Position numbers and translations under genes: made by a program. Shown here in pieces: positions 18,723 to 31,400 of a DNA stretch of 64,000 nt (positions are counted from its first letter, which is position 1; the number at the start of each line of letters is the position of its first letter). The stretch lies in the NCBI GenBank assembly GCA_964016885.1, contig OZ024743.1, positions 349,432,001 through 349,496,000 of the forward strand, written 5' to 3'. The notes beneath the pieces were generated by a model, which ran no database searches, was not told where the DNA came from, and saw only the letters and a program-made list of their open reading frames with translations. This stretch comes from Eledone cirrhosa (lineage: Eukaryota).

Positions 18723-21700
18723 TTACAGATATATACTCAGAGTCGGCCCATTCACTCGGGCCATTCTTGCTTCTCTCACCCATCTTTCAACAAAATGCTG
18801 GGAAGAGAGCACTTCCCTCTCTACTCTGATTTTCCTTTTCAAATGAAATTTGAAAAAGTCAATCAGAGCATCACCGAAGAGGTAAGTGCTCGTCTTCAGC
18901 CCTTTCAAACGTGTCCACCATACTATCTCTTTCGCCATGGCCACCAGACAGATAAAAACTGCCTGCCCTTCCCGGCTAAAGGAGGAGGGCGGGGCAATCC
19001 TCACGATAGACTCAGATGATAGCTGGATCCGTCCTAAACGCGACAGCAGGTGTTCGACATAAACCCACAAGTCAGCAATTTTCGGACACTGGACGAGTGC
19101 GTGCAGGACGGTTTCGTCGCCATGCGCGCATCTCGGACATGCCCGGCTGACGGCACCTCCATGCCTGTAGAGTTTATCCCGAACTGGCAAGGCTCCTCGG
19201 TAGCACTGCCAGGCCAGAGATTTCTGGAAGTTGTCCATAGGCCCTGGCCCGAAAGTTCTTCCGAAGAGATTGGCTAGTTGATTTTCGTCGACGCCTAGAG
19301 TTTCCCCAAGTACGTCGTCGCTCTTCCCCTCCACTAATCCTCTATAGAACGCCGAGGTGGAGTTTCCACCGATCACATTGCCCGATTGGTCGAGGGCTGT
19401 GAGCGCCTGAAGACATTCCAGTCTCCAGGCGCTCCCTCTCGGTCTTCGCTTGACCCAGGACTGCAGCTCCGTCAAGGAAACGAGCTGGGGAAAAACGCGT
19501 CTAGCAAACGGCGACCACACCTGATCACCGTCGAGGAAGAGGTGCAGATGTCGTAGCCTGAGCGCGTGCCTGCGCATCATCAGCCACGGCATGCCCAGCC
19601 CTCCACGTAGCGGGTGTTGACAACAGATGGACCGCCTGACCATCGGAGCACGTCCCTTCCACAAAAAGCGAAAGAGCAAACGCTCCAGCGCAGTCAGGCG
19701 AGGCTTAGAACAAGGTACGACGGTTAGGCGGTAGCAGATGACAGACGCGATGTACGCGTTAGCCACCTCCGCTCGACCTTTCAGGGATAGCTTCCTCTCC
19801 GCCCATTTCTGGGTGAGAGAAGCCACCCTGCTCGTCACCTCGTCCCAGTTTTTGTCCGTCTGGAGGTCCGGACCGAACCAGACCCCTAGCAATTTAACCG
19901 GTCCGTCCGTCCAGCGCCCGACGACGCTGTTGGACGGCATGGACCTGCCTCTCCAGGTGCCGAGCTGCAGGCCCACTGACTTTTCCTGGTTGATCATTGC
20001 TCCTGTCACCGCTTCGTATTCTCTTAGTGTAGTGCCGATCGCCTCGATGTGTTTGGCGTTCGACACCACTACGGTGACATCGTCCGCATATGCTGACACG
20101 GATCTTCCGCATCCTAGTTCGCGCGGGACTCCCCTCAACGTCTCCAGTTTGTGCAGTAATGGCTCGAGCGTCAATACGTACAAGAGGGACGAGAGGGGAC
20201 ATCCTTGGCGGACCGAGCGCATGATGTTGAACGGTTCCGACAGGTGACCGTTCACTCTCACCACAGAGCAGATGTCGCTGTGCATGGCAGCGATCCAGCC
20301 TCTGAAGACGGGCCCAAAGCCAGCCGCCCTCAGGACTGCCGCTAGGTAACGATGGTCGACCCTATCGAAAGCTTTCGACTGATCTAAATTGATCAAGGAC
20401 CCACCCGTGCCAGGTTCCCTAGCTACCCTCTCTACGATGTATCGCATGCGGTGGAGGTTGTCGTGGATGGATCTGTCGGGAATGGCGCATGTCTGCGCCT
20501 CTCCCACCAGACCACCAACGACAAGCGCCAACCTCTTTGCTAGCACCTTGGCCAAAATCTTAAACTCTGTGTTTAGCAGAGTTATGGGCCGGAAATTGTC
20601 TATGTTATCCCCCTTGTTCGGATCCTTTCTCAGCAGTGCCACCGCTCCTCGGCTCACAAAACTGGGAATTCTCCCGTTCTGTTGCCAGTTGCAGTAGACG
20701 TCTGCCAAGAGGCCTCCGAACAAGTCTGGCATCTGTACGTAAAGTTCATAGGGCAGACCATCCAAACCAGGCGATTTACCCCTTGTGCAGCCAGTCATTG
20801 CCTCCCGTACTTCAGCGGCTGTTATCGGCTTTTCGCAACACTTCGCCTCAGTGGCCGAGAGCCGCGGCAGTCCGTCGAGGTAGACACTAAAGTCCATCCC
20901 TCTACCCGGCCCCCCGCTGCCCCCGAACAGCTGAGCGAAGTGTCGCTGAAAAGCTTCCCACAATTGCCCGGGATCGAGTAGCATGCGCCCGTCGTGGTCC
21001 ACCAAAGACCGGATCGTGGCTTTGTTGCCACGACGCGCCTCCGCCACTCGGGCCCATTGAACGGCTTTCGTCCCCTCGTGTCTGAGAGCACGCACCCTAG
21101 CTCTGACAACGCAGCCTTCGTGCTTTGCATTGAAGAATTGGTCAAGGGCCAATTTCGCCGCAAGCACGTCGGTCGCAATGCCTTTGCTAAGCGCCTCGTC
21201 TAATTTTCTAACTAGTTCTCCCTCTGCTCTATTTTTCTCTATTGCTAAAGCCTTACTAAACCTAATCGATTCTATTCTAATCGCTCTTTTCAGAGCAAAC
21301 CACCACTTGTTGTTGACGATGGCCCCCGTCAACGCCCGCTTAACTAGTTCGCTAATCCGGTCTCTGTAGGCCTTGCGCGCTGGTAAGGACGCGTTTAGCT
21401 TCCAGTAGCCGGGTCCTCGTCTATGAAGCCTATCTAAGTCAAGCACACAGGTCACGAATTTGTGGTCCGTGTAGCTGACTATCTTGAATTGTGGACAGCC
21501 TATGCTAGACCTATCTATTTCCCTACAAAATACTCTATCTAGATATGATCTGGATGACCCTATGCGGTTTGTCCAAGTCCACATTGGCACATTCGGGAAA
21601 TCCAATCGGTACCTGTCAGACAGTTCAAAACGCCTGAGCAGGTTGGTGAGGCTCTTGCACCCTCCACCCCTATCCGCTAATCCCACACAGTCCCAGCGTG

Positions 21701-22046
21701 CATCTAAGATCCCGTTCCAGTCGCCCACTAACACTAAAGAGCGGGACGTTCCAAGAAAGGTCTCCAGACGCCGGAAGAAATCAGGCCGCCCTGCTCCTGT
21801 CGGGGCATAGACGGCCACTAGCCTGAAAGCTTGCCCGTCTCCGCTGGTCACGTCCAGCACCACCAGCTTACCCTCTGGGTCCAGGAAGATGGCCCGTATG
21901 GCGAGATCCAAACCTCTCCGAAAAAGCACAGCAACTCCTCCACCCGATCCAGGACGGCTGGGAGATGCGTACACATCGTAGCCGCCGAAGATCGGTGCGA
22001 AGGCCCGTGCTTCGGAGATTCTGGTCTCGCTGATGGCCACTACATC
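18723..22046 (-). CDS. E1 ORF2: APE endonuclease + reverse transcriptase + C-terminal CCHC (true N-terminus displaced by the inversion)
   Basis: SETR, VYAP, GDWN, SYLDR, TDH (APE); KSPGLDG, DQSKAFDRV, QGCPLS, YADD (RT); CPRC..ETVLH..C. Open frame; the N-terminal ~200 aa of the 1305-aa track ORF come from rearranged, mostly antisense ORF1 sequence. Confidence 0.9.
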   Translation of the reverse strand, partial: DVVAISETRISEARAFAPIFGGYDVYASPSRPGSGGGVAVLFRRGLDLAIRAIFLDPEGKLVVLDVTSGDGQAFRLVAVYAPTGAGRPDFFRRLETFLGTSRSLVLVGDWNGILDARWDCVGLADRGGGCKSLTNLLRRFELSDRYRLDFPNVPMWTWTNRIGSSRSYLDRVFCREIDRSSIGCPQFKIVSYTDHKFVTCVLDLDRLHRRGPGYWKLNASLPARKAYRDRISELVKRALTGAIVNNKWWFALKRAIRIESIRFSKALAIEKNRAEGELVRKLDEALSKGIATDVLAAKLALDQFFNAKHEGCVVRARVRALRHEGTKAVQWARVAEARRGNKATIRSLVDHDGRMLLDPGQLWEAFQRHFAQLFGGSGGPGRGMDFSVYLDGLPRLSATEAKCCEKPITAAEVREAMTGCTRGKSPGLDGLPYELYVQMPDLFGGLLADVYCNWQQNGRIPSFVSRGAVALLRKDPNKGDNIDNFRPITLLNTEFKILAKVLAKRLALVVGGLVGEAQTCAIPDRSIHDNLHRMRYIVERVAREPGTGGSLINLDQSKAFDRVDHRYLAAVLRAAGFGPVFRGWIAAMHSDICSVVRVNGHLSEPFNIMRSVRQGCPLSSLLYVLTLEPLLHKLETLRGVPRELGCGRSVSAYADDVTVVVSNAKHIEAIGTTLREYEAVTGAMINQEKSVGLQLGTWRGRSMPSNSVVGRWTDGPVKLLGVWFGPDLQTDKNWDEVTSRVASLTQKWAERKLSLKGRAEVANAYIASVICYRLTVVPCSKPRLTALERLLFRFLWKGRAPMVRRSICCQHPLRGGLGMPWLMMRRHALRLRHLHLFLDGDQVWSPFARRVFPQLVSLTELQSWVKRRPRGSAWRLECLQALTALDQSGNVIGGNSTSAFYRGLVEGKSDDVLGETLGVDENQLANLFGRTFGPGPMDNFQKSLAWQCYRGALPVRDKLYRHGGAVSRACPRCAHGDETVLHALVQCPKIADLWVYVEHLLSRLGRIQLSSESIVRIAPPSSFSREGQAVFICLVAMAKEIVWWTRLKGLKTSTYLFGDALIDFFKFHLKRKIRVEREVLSSQHFVERWVREARMARVNGPTLSIYL

Positions 22047-22109
22047 GCTTGTCCTGTTGCTGGTAGCCGTGGAGCCGGATTCGGAAGGAGGGGGGTTTTC
22101 TCCTTTCTC

Positions 22110-23080
22110 TAGGTCCGTGGCACCCATACCCACTCCACGGAAATCAAAGACAGCAGCAGCAGTGGAAATATTAACAACAACAACAGCAATACCAAATGCA
22201 GCTGCAACAGAGACTCCAGTGCAAACATCACCAACAACAACAAGTGAAAGAGTAGAGCTGGTACCCCTCCCCGACCTTACAGAATCAGACATGGAGTGTG
22301 AGGTGGGAGAGGGATGGCAACAGGTCGCAAGAAGGCACAAACGCAGAAGCAGCGCATCGTCGCCTTTGAAAAGGGAGGAAAGAAATGAGAAAAGGGTAAA
22401 GTCTACTGCAAAGAGACCCACAGCAGCAACACCACCAACACCATCACCACCCACACCAGCACCACCATCACCACCGGCGACAACCCCACCGCCAACAACA
22501 CCTTCAACACCACCACCACAAGCACCAACATCGCAAACACAACAACAAAACACACACACCCAGCAACAACGACAAGAAAATAGCAGAACCACACCCCACC
22601 CCCAGAAAAACAAATGCACGGCAATAAACACACACAACAAGAAACTAATGACTTACATAATTGAACACACAGACATTTCACAACAGGACTACATAATACC
22701 AGCACCAATCAAAACGCCAACTAACATAAGACTGCTAAAAATAGCACAGAAACAATACACAAACATTAAAACGAAATTCCCCAACGCAGTTGGTGATTTC
22801 AGGGACCTAGGAGGAACCATTAATCGAAGAGTATATTCAGACATTCTCTTAGAAGAGCCGACGACCAGCCGAAGGGACGATTCAACGGTCCCTTCACCAG
22901 ACGATCAAGTGAAAAGGGATGTAAAAACCATCCCTCCTCTACCAAAAGTACGGTAAGTGGTCTTTCCCATCTTTTCCACTCTATTTTAAACATGACCTCA
23001 CTCAGAATAGGCAGCATAAATGCGCGTGGCTTGGGGTCGTCATGGAAGCAGGGTCACCTGCTCAACGACCTCAGGTCACT
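22110..23080 (+). other. Inverted internal segment of E1 (ORF1 C-terminus, spacer, first ~30 codons of ORF2)
   Basis: + strand ORF ends ...PPLPKVR* at 22956 and MTSLRIGSINARG starts at 22992, matching the - strand ORF1/ORF2 junction of E2. Confidence 0.9.
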
Positions 23081-23139
23081 TTGCTTGATCGGTGCGAAGG
23101 CCCGTGCTTCGGAGATTCTGGTCTCGCTGATGGCCACTT

Positions 23140-24374
23140 TCGCTTGTCCTGTTGCTGGTAGCCGTGGAGCCGGATTCGGAAGGAGGGGGGTTTTCTCCTT
23201 TCTCAGGGTCTTCTCGTTGCAGAAGGCCCTGAGGTGAGTCTTCGATCCACAGCGAAAGCATTTCGGGCGTTTGCCCTCAACACTTATGGGCAGTTGAGTG
23301 CCGTTATCGAAGTCTATCACATCCGGGATAGCTTCGATGCACTCCTGGTTGGTTTGGATTAGCATCTCAATGGAGGAGCCGACCCAATCTTCTCTTACTT
23401 TTTTCTGTACTTGCAGTACAGTTGTTTTGTCCTCGATTCCGACGAGGACAGACGCGGCCAGCCAAGAAGAGGTCATTCCGGGGGGGGACGTGGGTCAGTT
23501 TGACCCTCACAATTTTTTGCCCGCAGTAGGAGGGCACCAACACCATTTCCTCGCTCCTTAGGGTCACTACTGATTGGGCCTTTGCCTCCTGGGGTGTGGC
23601 AAAAAGTACGTCTACGGTGGCGTATTTTTTGCCTCGGGTGATGTGCGTTTTCCTCTGCCACACAGACCCCAAGGCTTTTTGTATTTGGGCCTCTGTGGCT
23701 CTTTCCACCCTACGGGATTTTGTACTTACTGTACGGTACGTGACCGTACAGTGCTCTTGGGTTTCGAAAAAATTTTTCGCTGCCTTGCAGATTGCTCGGT
23801 GTCCGTTCTTTGTCACCATCTTCTTCGCTTCCTCTAATTCCTCATTTGTTATGAGGATTGTTTCCAAGTTTTTCGCAATACCTGCAAATGAGATTGGTTT
23901 TTCTCTGCTGTTGTTGTTGTCGTCAGAGCTGCTGGTACTTTTGTTGCTGCAGGTACTACGACTACTGCCTCCGCCGCTGTTGCTGTGGTTGTTGTTGGTG
24001 TTGCTGCTGCTAATGCTGTTGTTGTTTATGCTGCTGGTGATGCTGTTGCGGCTGCTACTGTTGTTTTCATTGTCACTGTTGCTGTTGTTATTACGGCTGC
24101 TACTGCTATTATTCCTGACGTCAGACGAATGAACTGGGTTTTCGTATTTCCCGCACACCTGTTTCGTCGCTGTCGTCGTCGTCGTGGAGAAACCTTGCAC
24201 GCTTTGCACGAGACTTTTCTTTTCTTTCGTCGCTTGCGAAAGAGAAGGGAGGGAGAGAGACACATTTAAAGAAGGGAGGGAGAGAGACAATCTTCTCTCT
24301 GCTGTAGTGATGATTGAGGAAGAAGAAGACGGAATGAGTGGGAGTGACGTATGAAATTTCTTTTTGGTAGCCAT
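23140..24374 (-). pseudogene. E1 ORF1 N-terminal part (nucleic-acid-binding protein, zinc knuckle), frameshifted at a G-run
   Basis: ATG at 24374; N/S-rich low-complexity tract, SFAGIAK, RRM-like region, CX2CX4HX4C; frame change near 23480. Confidence 0.8.
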
Positions 24375-24587
24375 GTTTTTTTGTTTAAAATGAAATTTTG
24401 GGTACAAAACCCCAATAACTGGTTATTTAACCCCGAAGGGCCAAATAACGGACAGAAAGACCCCTCTCACGAGGAGGAGGGTGTCTTTATCAACAATTTG
24501 GTTCAAGTTTTAAACAATTTACAATTGTTTTAACGGTTAAAAATTACTATACCTTACAGAGCCGAGCCTCCGTCAACCATGGCATTC

Positions 24588-24623
<36 letters not shown>

Positions 24624-24632
24624 AAAAAAAAA

Positions 24633-27600
24633 AGAAACCCCAAAAACGTAAAGAAAATAAGAATGAAGAGAGAAGCAGGCGGACGGACAGAGAAGAGGGG
24701 GGAAAAAGTAAAACTTAAAAAACAAAAACTAAGTCAGACATTCGAATACTACATTACAATGAAACTTATGCTTATTCATTTTTGGGGCCCTTTCTGCCCG
24801 TGTGTTTGTTTGTTTATGTGTGTTCGTATACAGCGCGGTGATAATGCCACACAAGGGCCAAGTGGGATGGCGGATCCACAGATGGCTATGTAAACATACA
24901 TTCGCCAATCCTCGATAAGAGTGTTTAAATATCGAACATAAACAGTTCGAATAACGGTGAAATGGAGACTAGAACGTCATGTGACAGACTCTCACCCAAC
25001 AGGTGCCCCCTGGCTCAGCAGCAGGAACCTGACTGTCAACCAAATACTGCTGATGTTGGAGGAAGAAGAAGAAGGAAAGGGGCCAGAACCAACTGGACGA
25101 AAGAATTGAATAGAACTGTTATGCAATGCTACCTGAAAAGTAACCCCAAGGAGAGGGGCTACAGGAGACGGATGCATAACATCTGGAACGAGATTGGTTT
25201 ATTTAAATTAGATGAACAAAAATTGGCCGGGCAGGCTCGGGTAATAAGAACTAATGGGTGGATAGGCGAGCTGGAACTGGAGGAACTGAGCAGAGAGAAT
25301 GGCTTGGAGATGGCGGGTGTAGTATGCCAGACAAGCGAGCCGGCGGGAAATGAAGGTGAGGAGGTCCTGAGAACGGAGGAACCACCCGAAGCAGACAATG
25401 ATCTGAATACTGAGATAAATAATACCTGGAACAGAGATACGGCCACTGAGGAGATGAATGCTGACGGGCTAGGACAAGATTCGGTTGACATCCTAAATTT
25501 AGTGGTAGATGAGTTGAACAATGATAGTGGGAGACCTATGAACCTAAGATTTGTAGACAGGAAAAAGTTAAAGAAACAACAGCTAAGGTAAACAAAGTCA
25601 TCCCATACCTTGAGGCGAGGAGCCTTCACCAGTGCAACAATATCCTCAAAGCAACAGCAAATACGGTGAGAAAACTACTTGGTATAAAAGCGAGAGGAAA
25701 CAAGAGACAAGAAAGAGCAGAGCCGTGGTGGAAGAAGCGACTGAGTGGGCAAATCGGGGAAATTAGAAATGACAGGAAAGCTTGAGTCACTACTGAATGG
25801 GACACTAAAAAACATAGGCACTAAAAATAGACTGGAAATAAAATACAAAACTAGGAGTAAAAAGCTAAATATTATCATAGAGGAATTGAAGCAACGCATT
25901 GTAGCAAAGAGTGCCAAAATCAGGCGATACGAGAACAGAGTCAGTCAGTATAAACAGAACCGCATGTTCGACAACAACCAGAAGATGCTGTTTGGACAGC
26001 TTGAGGGGAAAGAAAGAGGCAACGACTTGATCCCTGGGGCGGAACAAGCTAAAACATTCTGGAGAGGAATATGGGAGCAGGATGTTAGACACAATGCCCA
26101 GGCAGGGTGGATTGAGACAGTACAGAGGGAGATCGGTGAGCAGGCACAACAACAGACTGATTTGAGTATCACAGTTGAAACTCTTAAGGGGCAAGCCAAA
26201 AAACTAACCAACTGGAAATCACCAGGCCCAGATGGTGTGCAGGGGTATTGGATTAAACATTTAACATCCCTCCACCCGAAGCTGACGGCCATGTTCAATG
26301 ACTGCTTGGTGTCGGGTGAGGTGCCAGAGTGGTTGACAAAAGGTACCACAGTTCTGATAATGAAAGACCGAATCAAGGGTAATGATGTTACCAACTATAG
26401 ACCTATCACATGTCTGCCCGTAATGTGGAAACTGTTGACGAGCATTGTGTCTGAAGAAATCTACCATCACCTCCACACAAACAACTTGTTACCGGACGAA
26501 CAGAAAGGATGCCGAAAGAAGTCACGTGGTACAAAGGACCAGTTGCTTATTGATAAGATGGTAATGGGGAATTGCAGGAGGAGACACACTGATCTTGCCA
26601 TGGGATGGATAGACTACAGAAAGGCATTTGACATGGTGCCTCATTCCTGGATCACCAAAAGCCTGGAGATCTTCAGGGTGGCAGATAACATCAGACAGTT
26701 GCTGGGCAGGAGTATGGGGTCCTGGGAGACAGAGTTGACATCAACTGGAGTATCCTTGGGAAGCGTGAAGATCAAGAGAGGTATCTTCCAGGGAGATAGC
26801 CTGTCCCCTCTGTTGTTTGTCCTTGCCCTGATGCCCTTGACCATTATGCTGCGAAAAGTGAGAGCAGGATACAAGTTGGGAAGGGGAGAGCTTACCATCA
26901 ATCACCTCCTCTTCATGGACGATCTTAAGCTCTTCGGGAAAAGTGAGAAGGAGTTGGATGTGCTTGTTGACACTGTCCGTATTTTCAGCAGTGATATATG
27001 TATGCAGTTTGGTATTGGTAAATGTGGAGTCATTGTGATGAAGAGGGGTAGGTTGAGCAGAAGTAACGGGATCCAGATACCAACAAGTGAGATGATAAAG
27101 GAAATTGACTCTGAGGAAGGATACAAGTATTTGGGCGTTCTGGAGGCTGATGGCATAAAGAACAAAAAATGAAGGAATTGTTAAGAACTGAATACATTCG
27201 GAGAGTAAGGAGCGTATTGAAGTCACATCTGAACAGCAGAAATGCCATAAGCGCAGTAAATTCCCGAGCTGTGTCTATTATTAGGTACAGTGCGGGAATT
27301 CTGAGATGGAATGTTGCTGAACAAAAAGAAATGGATAGGAAGACTAGGAAGCTATTGACTATCTACAACATGTTCCACAAGAGGAGTGATGTCGATAGAC
27401 TCTACCTAAGGAGATCTGAGGGTGGAAGAGGTCTTATCAGCATAGAGGACTGTGTTCAGATGGAGAAAAACAACCTATACAAATACGTGACCTATAGTAA
27501 GGAGCCAATGCTCAGAGCTGTACTGAAGGAGGGGACAGTAGGCCAGGGGATATCCAAGGAGGAAATAACATCAAGGAAGAGCAGCCTTAAGGGAAAATCC

Positions 27601-28420
27601 CTTCATAGTACCTTCTTTGAGAAAACTGAATTTAGAGATCCACAGACATGGAACTGGTTGAGAAGAGGAGACCTCAAAAAGGCTACAGAAGGAATGCTAA
27701 TGGCTGCGCAGGAGCAGGCCCTCAAAACGAAGTGGTTGAAGCACCATATCTACAAGGAGGAGGCTAGCCCACTGTGCAGGATCTGTGGAGAGAGAGAGGA
27801 GACTGTGGCTCACATTGTGTCCGAGTGTAAACACCTAGCCCAGACCCACTATAAGGGCTGGAGACACGATGTGATGGGCAGGGTGATCCACTGGCACCTG
27901 TGCAAAGTAAACAATCTACCACATTCTGAGAAATGGTATGAGCATAGGCCAGAGGCGGTGATGGAGAACAGTCAGGTGAAGGTGCTGTGGGATTTTAGGA
28001 TACAGACGGACAAAAAACTGGAACACAATAGACCTGACCTGGTGGTTGTGGACAAAGAAAAAAGATCGTGCCTGATTGTGGATGTGGCCTGCCCGTTCGA
28101 CACGAGAGTGCAAGAGAAGGAGAGGGAGAAAATTAACCGATACCAGGACCTAAAGTGGGAGGTGAAAAGGATTTGGAACTGCCATGAAGTCAAAGTGATC
28201 CCGATTGTCATAGGCGCACTGGGGACTATCTCCAAAGGTTTCCAGGGATGGTTAAAGAAAATCGGCCCCTTCACGTTTTTGGAACGCTTCAAAAGGCATG
28301 CTTGCTTGGAACAGCAAGAACCCTCCGATACGTCCTGAATATCTGAGGCTGCAGGTAGTGGCTTGATATTCAATCCAACGGACTTTCCAGTTAACCAACA
28401 TCAATGACTGAGATTCAAGG
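24633..28420 (+). mobile_element. R4/Dong-clade non-LTR retrotransposon copy D1 (RT + restriction-like endonuclease), near full length
   Basis: KSPGPDG, NYRPITCL, IDYRKAFD, GIFQGDSLSP, LFMDD; CRICGEREETVAHIVSEC, RHD, RPDLVV, D..CP, EK..RY; 3' end runs into (AAT)n; the 5' boundary is approximate. Confidence 0.9.
24962..28346 (+). pseudogene. D1 single ORF broken by frameshifts
   Basis: Track ORFs 24962-25591, 25745-27172, 27169-28338; terminal LQKACLLGTARTLRYVLNI* lies in a shifted frame. Confidence 0.85.
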
Positions 28421-28432
28421 AATAACAATAAC

Positions 28433-28461
<29 letters not shown>

Positions 28462-28463
<2 letters not shown>

Positions 28464-31400
28464 TTTTCTTTATTAACCACAAGGGTTTACATAAAGTAGA
28501 CATTAAGGACAGTACAGGACAATACAGGACGGTACAAATGGGCATTTCTGCGTGTAAAAAAACAGAGGATGTAATAAAATAACAAAGAAAAATTCCCCAA
28601 TAGGGGGGAGACTTCCGAGGGACATTTGTGGAGAAAGCCCATTAAAAGACCACAGAGACCCTGACCACCAGGGCAAGTGCCCTCTCCCAGTTTTCCACCT
28701 TTAATTTACAGACACATACTCAGAGAAGGCCCATTCATTCGGGCCATACTTGTTTCTCTCACCCATCTTTCAACAAAATGCTGGGAAGAGAGCACTTCCC
28801 ACTCTACCCTGATGTTTCTCTTCAAATGAAATTTGAAAAAGTTAATCATGGCATCACCGAAGAGGTAAGTGCTCGTCTTCAGCCCTTTCAAACGTGTCCA
28901 CCATATTATCTCTTTCGCCATGGCCACCAGACAGATAAACACTGCCTGCCCTTCCCGGCTAAAGGAAGAGAGCGGGGCAATCCTCACGATGGACTCAGCA
29001 GATAGATGGATCCGTCCTACACGTGACAGCAGGTGTTCGACATAAACCCACAAGTCAGCAATGCTCGGACACTGGACGAGTGCGTGCAGGACGGTTTCGT
29101 CGCCCTGTGCGCATCTCGGACATGCCCGGCTGACAGCACCTCCATGCCTGTAGAGTTTATCCCGAACTGGCAAAGCTCCCCGGTAGCACTGCCAGGCCAG
29201 GGATTTCTGGAAGTTGTCCATAGGCCCCAGCCCGAAAGTCCTTCCGAAGAGATTGGATATTTGATTTTCGTCGACGCCTAGAGTTTCTTCAAGTACGTCG
29301 TCGCTCTTCCCCTCCACTAATCCCCTATAGAATTGCCCGATTGGTCGAGGGCTGTGAGCGCCTGAAAACATTCCAGTCTCCAAGCGCTCCCTTTCGGTCT
29401 TCGCTTGACCCAGGACTGCAGCTTCGTCAAGGAGACGAGCTGGGGAAAAACGTGTCTAGCAAACGGCGATCACACCTGATCACCGTTTAGGAAGAGGTGG
29501 AGATGTCGTAGCCTGAGCGCGTGTCTGCGCATCATCAGCCACGGCATGCCCAGCCCTCCACGTAGCGGGTGTTGACAGCAGATGGACCGCCTGACCATCG
29601 GAGCGCGTCCCTTCAACAAGAAGCGAAAGAGCAAACGCTCCAGCGCAGTCAGGCGGGGCTTAGGACAAGGAACGACGGTCAGGCGGTAGTAGATGACGGA
29701 CGCGATGTACGCGTTAGCCACCTCCGCTCGACCTTTCAGGGATAGCTTCCTCTCCGCCCATTTCTGGGTGAGAGAAGCCACCCTGCTCGTCACCTCGTCC
29801 CAGTTTTTGTCCGTCTGGAGGTCTGGACCGAACCAGACCCCTAGCAATTTAACCGATCCGTCCGTCCAGCACCCGACGACGCTGTTGGACGGCATGGACC
29901 TGCCTCTCCAGGTGCCGAGCTGCAGGTCCACTGACTTTTCCTGGTTGATCATTGCTCCTGTCACCGCTTCGTATTCTCTTACTGTAGTGCCGATCGCCTC
30001 GATGTGTTTGGCGTTCGACACCACTACGGTGACATCGTCCGCATATGCTGACACGGATCTTCCGCATCCTAGTTCGCGCGGGACCCCCCTCAACGTCTCC
30101 AGTTTGTGCAGTAATGGCTCGAGAGTCAATACGTACAATAGGGACGAGAGGGGACATCCTTGGCGGACCGAGCGCATGATGTTGAACGGTTCCGAAAGGT
30201 GACCGTTCACTCTCACTACAGAGCAGATGTCGCTGTGAATGGCAGCGATCCAGCCTCTGAAGACGGGCCCAAAGCCAGCCGCCCTCAGGACTGCCGCTAG
30301 GTGACGATGGTCGACCCTATCGAAGGCTTTCGACTGATCTAAATTGATCAAAGACCCACCCGTGCCAGGTTCCCTAGCTACCCTCTCTACGATGTATCGC
30401 ATGAGGTGGAGGTTGTCGTGGATGGATCTGTCGGGAATGGCGCATGTCTGTGCCTCTCCCACCAGTCCACCAACGACAAGCGCCAACCTCTTTGCTAGCA
30501 CCTTGGCCAAAATCTTGAACTCTGTGTTTAGCAGAGTTATGGGCCTAAAATTATCTATGTTATCCCCCTTGTTCGGATCCTTTCTCAGCAGCGCCACCGC
30601 TCCTCGGCTCACAGAGCTGGTAATTCTCCCGTTCTGTTGCCAGTTTCAGTAGACGTCCGCCAAGAGGCCTCCTAACAAGTCTGGCATTTGTACGTAAAGT
30701 TCATAGGGCAGACCATCCAAACCAGGCGATTTACCCCTTGTGCAGCCAGTCATTGCCTCCCGTACTTCAGCGGTTGTTATCGGCTTTTCGCAACACTCCG
30801 CCTCAGTGGCCAAAATCCGCGACAGTTCGTCGAGGTAGACACTAAAGTCCATCCCTCGATCCGGCCCGCAACTACCCCCGAACAGTTGAGCGAAGTGTCG
30901 CTGAAAAGCTTCACACATTTGCCCGGGATCGAGTAGCATGCGCCCGTCGTGTTCCACCAAAGACCGGATCGTGGCTTTGTTGCCACGACGCGCCTCCGCC
31001 ACTCGGGCCCATTGAACGGCTTTCGTCCCCTTGTGTCTGAGAGCACGCACCCTAGCTCTGACAACGCAGCCTTCGTGCTTTGCATTGAAGAATTGGTCAA
31101 GGGCCAATTTCGCCGCAAGTACGTCGGTCGCGATGCCTTTGCTAAGCGCCTCGTCTAATTTTCTAACTAATTCTCCCTCTGCTCTATTTTTATCTATTGC
31201 TAAAGCCTTACTAAACCTAATGGACTCTATTCTAATTGCTCTTTTCAGAGCAAACCACCACTTGTTGTTGACGATGGTCCCCGTCAACGCCCGCTTAACT
31301 AGTTCGCTAATCCGGTCTCTGTGGGCCTTGCGCGCTGGTAAGGACGCGTTTAGCTTCCAGTAGCCGGGTCCTCGTCTATGAAGCCTATCTAAGTCAAGCA

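Noticed and set aside
22047-22640. V/G/C-rich N-terminal extension of the 1305-aa ORF as a novel domain
   Set aside because: It is the antisense reading of the inverted ORF1 segment plus an out-of-frame duplicated piece
24780-24960. HDV-like ribozyme in the Dong 5'UTR (ggccctt/aagggcc stem, tcctcg motif)
   Set aside because: Some stems exist, but I could not build the P1/P2/P3/P1.1 nested pseudoknot around tcctcg
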